Counted from the stretch's first letter, positions 38,286-47,038 are shown. The stretch: DNA of 64,000 bases from an uncultured Veillonellaceae bacterium (GCA_949286115.1 CASEBK010000013.1:13677-77676), one strand, 5' to 3'. Notes: a model not told the origin generated them from the letters alone. Numbers and translations: made by a program.

Positions 38286-38783
38286 ATGAAGTTTCGGACG
38301 GCGGGCGCGGTACGACACTCTTCGGTGAACGGGCCGGGCGTGCGGTACGTCCTCTTTTTCCAGGGCTGTCCGCACCACTGCCGGGCCTGCCAGAACCCAG
38401 AGACCTGGGCGCCTCGGGCGGGCACGGAATCCGACACGGACGACGTCATCCGCCAGATCCTCGCCACGCGCTATCTGGACGGCATCACCCTTTCCGGGGG
38501 CGACCCGCTGTGGCAGCCTGAAGCAGCCCGCGCCATCGCGAAGGCTTCGCGGGAAGCGGGGCTCTCCGTGTGGGCTTACACCGGCTGGGTATATGAAGAC
38601 ATCCTCGCTGGGCGCGCAGGCCGCGCGGACATCGTCCTCCCTTACCTCGACGTGCTCGTAGACGGGCCGTTCGTCCTTGCGAAAAAGGACGGCACTGCCA
38701 TCTGGCGGGGAAGCTCCAATCAGCGCCTCATCGATGTGCAGAAGAGCCTGACAGAAGGCCGGACCATCCTCTTCGAGCCGTAA
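38286..38783 (+). CDS. nrdG: Anaerobic ribonucleoside-triphosphate reductase activating protein (radical SAM)
   Basis: SVNGPGVRYVLFFQGCPHHCRACQNPETW with a CxxxCxxC cluster. 165 aa, directly upstream of nrdD. Confidence 0.9.
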   Translation: MKFRTAGAVRHSSVNGPGVRYVLFFQGCPHHCRACQNPETWAPRAGTESDTDDVIRQILATRYLDGITLSGGDPLWQPEAARAIAKASREAGLSVWAYTGWVYEDILAGRAGRADIVLPYLDVLVDGPFVLAKKDGTAIWRGSSNQRLIDVQKSLTEGRTILFEP

Positions 38784-38825
38784 CAGTTTCACAGGATCAT
38801 TACATATAAGGAGCCGAAGGATATC

Positions 38826-41249
38826 ATGATCGAAATCAGGAATGTGATCAAAAGGAACGGGCAGACCGTCCCCTTTGATGAAAAGAAGATCGAGAGCGCC
38901 ATCAGCCGTGCCTTCACTGCGACGGAAGAGATCGCCTCCGGGGACATCCCCACCATGGCCCGGGCCATCACGCTCATCGTCGAGACGGCCCTCCGCGAGG
39001 CGGAATACATCACCCCCGCAGTGGAGCAGATCCAGGACAAGGTGGAGACCGCGCTCATGAAGTGCGGCTATCAGAAGACGGCGAAGGCGTACATCCTCTA
39101 CCGCAGCCAGCACCAGAAAGCGCGGGACACGAAGAACACCCTCCTCGACTACAAGAAGCTGGTGAACGGATACATCGGCGAGAACAAGGACTGGCGCGTG
39201 AAGGAGAACTCCACGGTGACTCTCTCCGTGGGCGGGCTCATTCTCTCCAACTCCGGGGCCATCACGGCAAATTACTGGCTCTCCGAAGTGTACGACGACG
39301 AGATCGCCCAGGCACACCGCCAGTGCTTCCTCCATCTGCACGACCTGTCCATGCTGACGGGCTACTGCGCCGGCTGGAGCCTGAAGCAGCTCCTGCAGGA
39401 AGGGCTGGGCGGCGTGCCGGACCGCATCACTTCCTCTCCGGCGAAGCACCTCTCGACGCTGTGCAACCAGATGGTGAATTTCCTTGGCATCATGCAGAAC
39501 GAGTGGGCGGGCGCGCAGGCCTTCTCCTCCTTTGATACGTACCTGGCGCCGTTCGTCAAAGTGGACCACCTCTCCTACGCGGAGGTGAAGCAGTGCATCC
39601 AGTCCTTCATCTACGGCGTGAACACCCCGTCCCGGTGGGGCACGCAGGCGCCTTTCACGAACGTCACCCTCGACTGGACCGTGCCGGACGACCTGAAAGA
39701 CATGCCGGCCATCGTCGGCGGGAAGAACATGGACTTTACCTACGGCGACTGCAAGAAAGAAATGGACATGGTGAATAAGGCCTTCATCGAGATCATGATC
39801 GAAGGCGACGCGAACGGCCGGGGCTTCCAGTACCCGATCCCCACCTACTCCATCACAAAAAATTTCGACTGGAGCGACACGGAGAACAACCGGCTCCTCT
39901 TCGAGATGACCGCCAAATATGGCACGCCCTATTTTTCCAACTACATCAACTCCGACATGAAGCCCTCCGACGTGCGCTCCATGTGCTGCCGGCTCCGCCT
40001 CGACCTGCGCGAGCTCCGCAAGAAAGGCGGCGGCTACTTCGGCTCCGGCGAATCCACCGGCTCCATCGGCGTCGTCACGCTGAACCTGCCCCGCATGGCC
40101 TACCTCACGCAGACGAAAGAGGCCTTCTACGCCATGCTCGACAAATACATGGACATCGCCGCGCGGTCCCTCTCCATCAAGCGGAAAGTCATCACTCGCC
40201 TCATGGACGAAGGGCTCTACCCGTACACCCGGAAATATCTGGGCACCTTCAAGAACCACTTCTCCACCATCGGCCTCGTGGGCATGAACGAAGCGCTGCT
40301 CAATGCGAAATGGATGGACGGCCGCGACCTCACCACCGAAGAAGGCCGCGCCGAAGCCATCGCCATCCTGCAGCACATGCGCACCCGTCTCTCCGACTAC
40401 CAGGAGCAGTACGGTGATCTGTACAATCTGGAAGCCACCCCGGCGGAGTCCACCACGTACCGCTTCGCGAAGCATGACAGGGAAGAATTCCCGGACATCA
40501 TCACCGCCGCAAAAGACGGCAATGCTCCGTACTATACGAACAGTACCCATCTCCCCGTGGGCTACACCGACGACATCTTCGACGCCCTCGAGATGGAAGA
40601 CGAGATGCAGACGCTCTACACCTCAGGCACCGTGTTCCACGCCTTCCTCGGCGAGCGTCTCCCGTCGTGGAAATCGGCGGCGACTCTCGTGAAGAAGATC
40701 GCGGAGAACTTCAAGCTCCCCTACTTCACCCTCTCCCCGACGTACTCCGTCTGCGCCGAGCACGGCTACATCGCCGGCGAACACTTCACCTGCCCCACCT
40801 GCGGCAAGTCAGCAGAGGTGTACTCCCGTATCACCGGCTACTACCGCCCCGTGCGGAACTGGAACGACGGGAAGGTCTCCGAATTTAAGAACCGCAGGAC
40901 CTACGACCCCGGGACCATCGCCAAGGCGGACGACCTGCCGTGCAAAGCCTGCGACATGAAGGACTACGCCCCTGCAGAGACCCCCACGAAGGCCGCCGCG
41001 CCCATCCCGGCAGCAGACGCCATCCTCCTCACCACGAAGACTTGCCCGAACTGCCGCATGGCCAAGCGCATGCTCACCGACGCGGGCATCCCCTTCCAGC
41101 TCCTCTACGCGGAAGACGCTGAGGGGGCCGACCTCGCTAAAGCCTACGACATCTCCGCCGTTCCCACGCTCCTCGCCAAGGAAAACGACGCGGTCCACCT
41201 CTACTACAACGTAGGCAACATCCGCCAGTACATCCAGCAGCATCGCTGA
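38826..41249 (+). CDS. nrdD: Anaerobic (class III) ribonucleoside-triphosphate reductase with N-terminal ATP-cone and an extra C-terminal thioredoxin-fold domain
   Basis: ATP-cone (VIKRNGQTVPFDEKKI), Cys loop SMCCRLRLD, Zn ribbon CPTCG and glycyl-radical motif SRITGYYRPV..WN.GK. About 113 further residues follow the normal C-terminus. Confidence 0.92.
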   Translation: MIEIRNVIKRNGQTVPFDEKKIESAISRAFTATEEIASGDIPTMARAITLIVETALREAEYITPAVEQIQDKVETALMKCGYQKTAKAYILYRSQHQKARDTKNTLLDYKKLVNGYIGENKDWRVKENSTVTLSVGGLILSNSGAITANYWLSEVYDDEIAQAHRQCFLHLHDLSMLTGYCAGWSLKQLLQEGLGGVPDRITSSPAKHLSTLCNQMVNFLGIMQNEWAGAQAFSSFDTYLAPFVKVDHLSYAEVKQCIQSFIYGVNTPSRWGTQAPFTNVTLDWTVPDDLKDMPAIVGGKNMDFTYGDCKKEMDMVNKAFIEIMIEGDANGRGFQYPIPTYSITKNFDWSDTENNRLLFEMTAKYGTPYFSNYINSDMKPSDVRSMCCRLRLDLRELRKKGGGYFGSGESTGSIGVVTLNLPRMAYLTQTKEAFYAMLDKYMDIAARSLSIKRKVITRLMDEGLYPYTRKYLGTFKNHFSTIGLVGMNEALLNAKWMDGRDLTTEEGRAEAIAILQHMRTRLSDYQEQYGDLYNLEATPAESTTYRFAKHDREEFPDIITAAKDGNAPYYTNSTHLPVGYTDDIFDALEMEDEMQTLYTSGTVFHAFLGERLPSWKSAATLVKKIAENFKLPYFTLSPTYSVCAEHGYIAGEHFTCPTCGKSAEVYSRITGYYRPVRNWNDGKVSEFKNRRTYDPGTIAKADDLPCKACDMKDYAPAETPTKAAAPIPAADAILLTTKTCPNCRMAKRMLTDAGIPFQLLYAEDAEGADLAKAYDISAVPTLLAKENDAVHLYYNVGNIRQYIQQHR
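41019..41246 (+). other. C-terminal glutaredoxin/NrdH-like (thioredoxin-fold) domain of NrdD
   Basis: AILLTTKTCPNCRMAKRMLTDAGIPFQLLYAEDAEGADLAKAYDISAVPTLL...VHLYYNVGNIRQYI shows a beta-CPxC-alpha unit, a cis-Pro type VP and a beta-beta-alpha layout. A Pro/Ala-rich linker carrying a further CKAC precedes it. Confidence 0.7.
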
Positions 41250-41270
41250 TCCCTGTTTCTCATGCCAAAA

Positions 41271-41297
41271 GACGTTCCTCATCGGAACGCCTTTTTT
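41271..41297 (+). terminator. Rho-independent terminator after nrdD
   Basis: CGTTCC-tcatc-GGAACG followed by CCTTTTTT. Confidence 0.75.
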
Positions 41298-41397
41298 GTT
41301 GGAACTTCTCGCTCCCCGTGGGAATAGCGCCGTTCTTCAGTCCGTCTATCTGATGCGCAGAGATTCCTCCTGCGCTGAAAAGGCACGCCGCGGCGCA

Positions 41398-41433
41398 CAA
41401 AAAGAAGGCCCCTGCATCTTTTGCAGAGGCCTT
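41398..41433 (-). terminator. Rho-independent terminator after livF
   Basis: Minus strand AAGGCCTCTGCA-aaag-(a)TGCAGGGGCCTT followed by CTTTTT. Confidence 0.8.
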
Positions 41434-41455
41434 TCTGTTTCAGCAGCTATTCTAT

Positions 41456-42169
41456 TTATTTTCTTCCGCCGAGGTAAGCCGCCATGACGCTGGGGTCGGA
41501 GGCAACGGTCTGGGCCGGGCCTTCGAGAACGATCTTGCCGGTCTCCATGACGTAGGCGTAGTCGGCGATCTGGAGCGCCTTGCGGGCGTTCTGCTCGACG
41601 AGGAGCACCGTGGTGCCCGCCTGATTGATGGCTTTCACCACGTCGAAGATCTGCTGCACCACGAGCGGGGCAAGGCCCATGGACGGTTCGTCCAGAAGCA
41701 TGACCTTCGGGCGGGCCATCATGGCTCGGCCGATGGCGAGCATCTGCTGTTCGCCGCCCGAGAGGGTGCCGCCGTACTGGCTGGCGCGCTCTTTGAGGCG
41801 GGGGAACTGGGCGAAGACCCGCTCCATATCTTCCGCGACGCCCGCTTTGTCCTTGCGCTGGTACGCGCCCATTTCAAGGTTTTCCTGCACGGTCATGGTC
41901 TGAAGGATCTGCCGCCCTTCGGGAACGAGCACCACGCCGGCGCTCACGATCTGGTAGGGCTTTTTCCCCTTGATAGACTGGCCTTCGAAGAGGATGTCCC
42001 CTTCGCTGGGCTTCATCACGCCCATGATGGTCTTCATGGTGGTGGATTTACCCGCGCCGTTCGCGCCGATCAATGTGACGATCTTGCCTTCTTCTACGGA
42101 GAGGCTGATGCCTTTCAGCGCTTTGATGTTGCCGTAGCTCGCTACGACGTTCTTCAGTTCAAGCAGCAT
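41456..42169 (-). CDS. livF: Branched-chain amino acid ABC transporter ATP-binding protein (LivF-type)
   Basis: MLLELKNVVASYG..., Walker A GANGAGKST, LSGGEQQ. ATG 42169 shares one base with the livG TAA stop. The track N-terminal extension is read-through. Confidence 0.9.
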   Translation of the reverse strand: MLLELKNVVASYGNIKALKGISLSVEEGKIVTLIGANGAGKSTTMKTIMGVMKPSEGDILFEGQSIKGKKPYQIVSAGVVLVPEGRQILQTMTVQENLEMGAYQRKDKAGVAEDMERVFAQFPRLKERASQYGGTLSGGEQQMLAIGRAMMARPKVMLLDEPSMGLAPLVVQQIFDVVKAINQAGTTVLLVEQNARKALQIADYAYVMETGKIVLEGPAQTVASDPSVMAAYLGGRK

Positions 42170-42933
42170 TATGCATCCTCCTTCCCAAGATACGCTTCGA
42201 TGACGGCGGGATTGTTCTGCACTTCCGCCGGAGTCCCTTCGGCGAGCATGCGGCCGAAGTTCACTACGATGAGGCGGTTGCACAGGGTCATGACGAGGTT
42301 CATATCGTGTTCGATGAGGATGATGGTGATGTTGAACTGCTCGCGGATACCGCGGATGAGGTCGATCAGGGCGGCGGTCTCGCTGTCGTTCATGCCGGCG
42401 GCCGGTTCGTCCAGCAGGATGATCTGCGGATGCGCCGCCATGGCGCGGGCGATCTCGAGCTTTCTCTGCTTGCCGTAGGGGAGCTCGGTGGCCAGATGGT
42501 CCGCCACATCGTCGAGTCCTACGTACTGGAGGAGCCGATGCGCTTCTTCTACCGCTTCCTCTTCCTCTTTCTTCATGGACGAAGTGTGGAGGAGGCTGCC
42601 CAGAAGGCCCGTCTTCATGCGGGAGTGATGCCCCACGAGGATGTGCTCGAGGACGGTCATGTTCGCGAAGAGGCGGATGTTCTGGAAGGTGCGGGCGATG
42701 CCGCCGTCGATGATCTCAAAGGTCTTCTTGCCGGAAATAGACTGGCCGTTGAAGAGGACGTCCCCGGAGGTGACGGGATAGACGCCGGTGATCATGTTGA
42801 AGATGGTGGTCTTCCCTGCGCCGTTCGGCCCGATGATGCCGAAGATGTCCCCCTGGTTCACCTGGAAGGAGATATCGGAGAGGGCTGTGATGCCGCCGAA
42901 TTTTTTCACGACGTTTTTCAATTCGAGAAGCAC
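42169..42933 (-). CDS. livG: Branched-chain amino acid ABC transporter ATP-binding protein (LivG-type)
   Basis: Walker A GPNGAGKTT and the LivG-type C-terminal block ...NPAVIEAYLG. Confidence 0.9.
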   Translation of the reverse strand: MLLELKNVVKKFGGITALSDISFQVNQGDIFGIIGPNGAGKTTIFNMITGVYPVTSGDVLFNGQSISGKKTFEIIDGGIARTFQNIRLFANMTVLEHILVGHHSRMKTGLLGSLLHTSSMKKEEEEAVEEAHRLLQYVGLDDVADHLATELPYGKQRKLEIARAMAAHPQIILLDEPAAGMNDSETAALIDLIRGIREQFNITIILIEHDMNLVMTLCNRLIVVNFGRMLAEGTPAEVQNNPAVIEAYLGKEDA

Positions 42934-42935
42934 GG

Positions 42936-43883
42936 TCAGTTGCCTCCTTTCGGGGATCTCTTAAAGCGGCGGGCGATGTACTTCACCGCGTCATAGGAAA
43001 GGATGCCGTCCGGACGGAAGCCCATGAGAGCCACCAGCATGAGGCCGTAGATGATGTCGCGGTATTCGGACATGGAGCGGAGAGACTCCGGCACGATGGT
43101 GAGGACGGTCGCCCCCAGGAGCGGCCCCCACATGACGTTGCTGCCGCCGAAGACGGTGTAGAGGAGCATATCTACGACCTTGTGCCACGTGAAGTCCGTG
43201 GGGCTGATGAAGTAGGTGGCGTGCGCGTAGAGAGCGCCGGCCACGCCGGCAAAGAAGGCGCTGAAGAGGAACGCCATCATCTTATAGTAGACCACGTTGA
43301 TGCCCGAGAGGGAGGCGGCGTATTCGTCGGCCTTGATGGCGGCGAACGCCCGGCCCACGCGAGAATGTTCCAGCCGGTACCAGAAGAAGAAGATCACCAC
43401 CACGAGCAGAAAGAGCACGAGACACATGAGGAGCTGGCCCGCCGTCTGAGAATCGAGGGAGAGCGCGTCGATGAGGCCCATGTCGCTGGCGTAGCCCGAA
43501 AGGGAGCTCGCCATGGAGGGGATGCCCGAAAGGCCGAGCGCGCCGTTCGTGATCTTCATGTTGAGGGCGATGACGCGCACCACTTCGCCGAAGCCGAGCG
43601 TCGCGATGGCCAGGTACAGCCCGCGGAGCCGGATGGTGGGCAGCCCGATGATGAGGGCGACCGCCGCGGCCACGAGGCCGCCGCAGAGGATGGACACCGG
43701 CATGGGCACGCCCGCCTTCATGGCCAGGATCGCCGAGGTGTAGGCGCCAAAGCTCATGAAGCCGGCGTTGCCCAGAGAAACGAGCCCCGTGCAGAGCGTC
43801 ATGTAGATGGTGAGCGCCAGGATGACGTTGATGCAGATGAATACGAAGACCTGCAGGAAATAACCGTTGAGTATTGCTTCCAT
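42936..43883 (-). CDS. livM: Branched-chain amino acid ABC transporter permease (LivM-type)
   Basis: 315 aa, multi-TM, with the LG(F/Y)GE(V/I)(V/I)R motif region of LivM/BraE permeases. Confidence 0.85.
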   Translation of the reverse strand: MEAILNGYFLQVFVFICINVILALTIYMTLCTGLVSLGNAGFMSFGAYTSAILAMKAGVPMPVSILCGGLVAAAVALIIGLPTIRLRGLYLAIATLGFGEVVRVIALNMKITNGALGLSGIPSMASSLSGYASDMGLIDALSLDSQTAGQLLMCLVLFLLVVVIFFFWYRLEHSRVGRAFAAIKADEYAASLSGINVVYYKMMAFLFSAFFAGVAGALYAHATYFISPTDFTWHKVVDMLLYTVFGGSNVMWGPLLGATVLTIVPESLRSMSEYRDIIYGLMLVALMGFRPDGILSYDAVKYIARRFKRSPKGGN

Positions 43884-44770
43884 TACGGTCTGCCTCCTTT
43901 CCCAGCCTTAGAGAACAATCCTTCCGGCCGGATGAAAAGGATCAGGATGATGAGCCCGAAGGCCACCGCGTCGCGGTAGGTGGACGCGCCGTAGGCCACG
44001 CTGAAGACTTCGGCGATGCCCAGGATGAAGCCGCCCGCCATGGCGCCTTCCACATTGCCGAGCCCGCCCATGATGAGGACGGCCAGCCCTTTGAAGCCCA
44101 TCGCCGTGCCCATGGTCGGCTCGATGGCGTTGAAGGAGAGGCCGATGAGGACGCCCGCCGCCGCGCCCAGCGCCGAGGCGAGCATCACCGTGAAGGTGAT
44201 GATGAGCCCCGTATTGATGCCGAGGAGCCCCGCCGTTTCAATATTTTCCGACGTGGCGCGTACGGCCTTGCCGATCTTCGTCTTGTTCAGCATGATCGCC
44301 AAGAGCACCATGAGGACCACCGCCGTGCCGAGGCTGACGATCTGGATGCCGGAGATCTTGAAAGCGCCCATATCCATGAGCTCGCTGCTGATGGTGGACG
44401 GGAAGGACCGGGTCTGCGGTCCCCATACCATGAGGGCGACGCTTTCGAGGAAGATCGACACGCCGATGGTGCTGATGAGCGGAGCGAGATGCGTCACTTT
44501 GCGGCGGCGCAGCGGACGCAGCGCGAAGAGCTCCAGCAAATACCCCAGGACCGCCCCGCCGACCATCGCGCCGAGAAGCGCGGGGAAGATCCCCAGGCCC
44601 GCCTCGGTGACGAGGAGGAGACCGATGTACGCGCCCACCATGAAGATGCCGCCGTGCGCCATGTTGACGATGTTCAGCACGCCGAAGACCAGCGTGTAGC
44701 CGATGGCGATGACCGCATAGGCGCTGCCCAGAGTCAAACCGTTGATAAGCTGCTGAGAAAACACGTTCAT
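43883..44770 (-). CDS. livH: Branched-chain amino acid ABC transporter permease (LivH-type)
   Basis: MNVFSQQLINGLTLGSAYAVIAIGYTLVFGVLNIVNMAHGG... Start set at ATG 44770; sequence upstream of it is the T-box leader. Confidence 0.88.
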   Translation of the reverse strand: MNVFSQQLINGLTLGSAYAVIAIGYTLVFGVLNIVNMAHGGIFMVGAYIGLLLVTEAGLGIFPALLGAMVGGAVLGYLLELFALRPLRRRKVTHLAPLISTIGVSIFLESVALMVWGPQTRSFPSTISSELMDMGAFKISGIQIVSLGTAVVLMVLLAIMLNKTKIGKAVRATSENIETAGLLGINTGLIITFTVMLASALGAAAGVLIGLSFNAIEPTMGTAMGFKGLAVLIMGGLGNVEGAMAGGFILGIAEVFSVAYGASTYRDAVAFGLIILILFIRPEGLFSKAGKGGRP

Positions 44771-44862
44771 TTCCCTTTCTGTAAACCAAAGGCACACCCT
44801 CTGCTGCGCGTCTCCCGTGCCCATGGGAGGTGCGCCCGGCCGCGCCGGAAACGATACGGCTG

Positions 44863-44926
44863 AAAAAGCCCCTGCCTCAGCCAATATGACTGTGACAGGG
44901 GCGCTTTCGCGCGGTACCACCCTATT
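44863..44926 (-). promoter_or_regulatory. T-box expression platform 2 of the livH leader (antiterminator/terminator with no Stem I of its own)
   Basis: Minus strand aGGGTGGTACCGCGCgaaaGCGCCCCTG (T-box 44922-44910). The 3' arm overlaps terminator GCCCCTG(44902-44896)...CAGGGGC(44874-44868) plus TTTTT. Confidence 0.8.
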
Positions 44927-44966
44927 TTGTAACTCTCCGGAAACGAGGCTCGGGCGTCCCTGTCAT

Positions 44967-45188
44967 AAAAAAATCCCCTACCTGCATGCGCAGATAGGGG
45001 CGATGAACGCGGTACCACCCTACATTATACTTTGTCTCCGATCCGTAACGAGGACTGACGCCTTTCCCTACTCCATTCAGGAAAGGAGCTCCCGAGTGAT
45101 ATATTTGGAGGACAGAATGCGCCGCCTTGCACCATCCGCCGGCTCTCTGAAGTCATGGACCGTCTTCCTTTTTGCTCTCGATCATCGC
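44967..45188 (-). promoter_or_regulatory. T-box riboswitch, proposed Ile (AUC) specifier, with platform 1 of the livH leader
   Basis: Minus strand GATGA (45186-45182), AGAGAGC (45148-45142), TGGTGCAA (45134-45127) and AUC-A (45100-45097) before the CTCGG-GA closing stem. GGGTGGTACCGCG at 45020-45008. Terminator CCCCTAtCTGC/GCAGgTAGGGG (45000-44975) plus U7. Confidence 0.85.
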
Positions 45189-45240
45189 ATGTGCGCCCGG
45201 TAACGCGGGCCCGCGCCGACAGATACTTCGTTCCCTGCCG

Positions 45241-45337
45241 GAACTCCCAGGTGAGCTTGCGTCCTGCTGCCCGCCAGCTTCCACCAGCCGCTGGCTCTCT
45301 GTGCCGCATGGACAGGGCGCTTTTCCCTGCTCCTCGT
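45241..45337 (-). promoter_or_regulatory. Additional T-box Stem I module, proposed Leu (CUC) specifier, with no platform directly after it
   Basis: Minus strand GAGGA (45335-45331), AGAGAGC (45300-45294), TGGTGGAA (45286-45279) and CUC-A (45255-45252) before CCTGG-GA. Colinear with the other two Stem I modules. Confidence 0.7.
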
Positions 45338-45362
45338 CTTTTTCCTTCGGTTATATCAGTAT

Positions 45363-45390
45363 ATTATAGGGGATTCTGCTGCATTGTCAA
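45363..45390 (-). promoter_or_regulatory. Sigma-A type promoter of the livHMGF leader
   Basis: Minus strand TTGACA (45390-45385), 16 nt spacer, TATAAT (45368-45363). Confidence 0.7.
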
Positions 45391-45461
45391 TAGAAAATCG
45401 AAAATTTCTGATTCACAGAGCGCCCGGAAAATGTCGGGCCTCTCCTTGCAAAGGGCCTCTC

Positions 45462-46634
45462 TTATTCGAGCGGCACCCACTGGCCGTCTTTGACCTGGAG
45501 GACGTCGAGCTCCATCTTCGGATCGCGGTTCTCATCGAATTCAAACTGGCCGGTGGCCCCTTCGAAGCCTTTGATCTTCGCCAGGGTGTCGCGGAACTTC
45601 TTCCGGTCCGTGGTGGTGCCGGACTGTTCCACCGCCTGATGGAGCGTGTACATCGCGTCGTAAGCCTGAGCGGAGAACTGATCCGGCTCGTGGCCATACT
45701 TCTCTTTGAATGCCTTGCGGAACGCCTGGGCCTTTTCGGTCTGGCGCTCCGGATTCCACGGGGTGGCGACGAGCGTGCCGTCCGCAGCGGCTCCGGCCTG
45801 CTTGATGTACTCGGGGCTGTTGAAGCCGTTGTTGCCGATGATCATCTGGGTCATGCCCATGTCGCGGGCCTTCTTGGCGATGAGCGCCCCTTCCTGATAG
45901 AGGCTGGCCACGCAGATGATGTCAGGATTGGCCGCCTGGATCTTCGTGAGCTGAGCGGAGAAGTCCGTGTCCTTCTCGGCGAAAGTCTCCGTGGCTACCA
46001 CGTCGATGCCCATCTCCTTGAAGAGCTCCTGATAGATGCCGTTCTCGCCCACCATCTGATCGTTGTTGTTGCAGTAGAGGATGGCCGCCGTCTTGAAGCC
46101 CAGCTTGTCGTGCGCCTTCTTCACCGTCTGCGGGATGGCCATCTTGCCGGGGATGGCGTTTCTGAAGATGTAGTCGCCGATGTCGGTGATGCCCGGCGCG
46201 GTGGTGCCCGTGCCGAAAGCGACGACGCCGGACTGCTGCGCGATAGGACCGGCGGCGAACATCTCGCCGGAGAAGGTCGGCCCTTCGATGGCAAGGACCT
46301 TATCCTGCTCGATGAGCTTCTTCATCGCGTTGATCGCCTCGGTCTTATTGCCCTTCGTGTCGTAGAAAGCGATGTCGAGCTTCACCTTCGTATTCGGATC
46401 CGCGTTGATCTCTTCGACCGCCAGATCCACCCCTTCCTTCATGGCGATGCCGTAAGCCGCCCCAGGACCGGAGGTCGCTTCGAGCACGCCGATCTTCGCC
46501 GTGCCGGACGATGCGCCGCCTGCGCTGCCGCTCGATTTTTCTCCGCCGCCGCAGCCTGCGAAAGCACCCGCGATCATCAGAGCCGCTCCTGCGGCCGCCA
46601 GCCGTTTCATCCATTTCTTGTCCATCATGGTCAT
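45462..46634 (-). CDS. livJ: ABC transporter substrate-binding lipoprotein, branched-chain amino acid (LivJ/LivK) family
   Basis: Signal peptide with lipobox AGAFAGC, then a periplasmic-binding-protein type I fold sequence (KIGVLEATSGPGAAYG...). Start is ATG 46634 or 46628; upstream track residues belong to the leader. Confidence 0.85.
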   Translation of the reverse strand: MTMMDKKWMKRLAAAGAALMIAGAFAGCGGGEKSSGSAGGASSGTAKIGVLEATSGPGAAYGIAMKEGVDLAVEEINADPNTKVKLDIAFYDTKGNKTEAINAMKKLIEQDKVLAIEGPTFSGEMFAAGPIAQQSGVVAFGTGTTAPGITDIGDYIFRNAIPGKMAIPQTVKKAHDKLGFKTAAILYCNNNDQMVGENGIYQELFKEMGIDVVATETFAEKDTDFSAQLTKIQAANPDIICVASLYQEGALIAKKARDMGMTQMIIGNNGFNSPEYIKQAGAAADGTLVATPWNPERQTEKAQAFRKAFKEKYGHEPDQFSAQAYDAMYTLHQAVEQSGTTTDRKKFRDTLAKIKGFEGATGQFEFDENRDPKMELDVLQVKDGQWVPLE

Positions 46635-46687
46635 TGCCCCCTCTTTGGAAAATCGGTGTATGTTCTCTTTTTCAATACGGCCTTCCC

Positions 46688-46760
46688 AAAAGAAAAAGCC
46701 CCTGTCTCCGGCTGCATGCCTTTCCGGAGACAGGGGCGCTTCGCGCGGTACCACCCTGCT
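46688..46760 (-). promoter_or_regulatory. T-box expression platform 2 of the livJ leader (no Stem I of its own)
   Basis: Minus strand aGGGTGGTACCGCGCgaaGCGCCCCTG (T-box 46756-46744). 14-bp terminator GCCCCTGTCTCCGG(46737-46724)/CCGGAGACAGGGGC(46711-46698) plus TTTTT. Confidence 0.8.
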
Positions 46761-46792
46761 TTTTGCTCTGCCTGCAAGCTCCTGAAGGAAGA

Positions 46793-47016
46793 TACACAAA
46801 GACCCCTATCTCATTTCGAGATAGGGGCGTCATTCCGCGGTACCACCCTACATTATACTTATAGGTGTGTCCATAACGAGGACCAGACGTTCCTTCCTAC
46901 TTTGTTCGGAAGAAATACTCGCGAGGGACATATCGCACTTCAGTATGCATCAGCTTGCACCATCCGCTGACTCTCTGCAGTCATCGCTGAAATACTCGGG
47001 AAATCTCGTTCATCGT
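46793..47016 (-). promoter_or_regulatory. T-box riboswitch, proposed Val (GUC) specifier, with platform 1 of the livJ leader
   Basis: Minus strand GATGA (47014-47010), AGAGAGT (46976-46970), TGGTGCAA (46962-46955) and GUC (46929-46927) before CTCGC-GA. GGGTGGTACCGCG at 46848-46836. Terminator CCCCTATCTC/GAGATAGGGG (46828-46803) followed by TCTTTGTGT. Confidence 0.85.
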
Positions 47017-47038
47017 ATGTGCTGTATTGAATGGTTGA

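Noticed and set aside
37928-38467. 179-aa minus-strand ORF spanning the nrdG promoter and the nrdG 5' end
   Set aside because: It overlaps a well-supported gene and promoter, lacks an RBS, and has low-complexity content.
38124-40550. Very long ORFs antisense to real genes. These include 38124..40550 (-), 54121..56877 (+), 8221..10608 (+), 1152..3218 (+), 23009..25519 (+), 34241..36919 (+) and 60645..62951 (+).
   Set aside because: Their translations are low-complexity R/G/A/H/P/V-rich with no motifs. Each lies opposite a gene with clear family signatures. This is the usual stop-codon depletion of GC-rich antisense frames.
44863-46860. Four copies of CGCGGTACCACCC, considered as a CRISPR-like or dispersed repeat
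   Set aside because: Spacing is irregular and each copy sits in an antiterminator/terminator context. They are T-box sequences, not CRISPR repeats.
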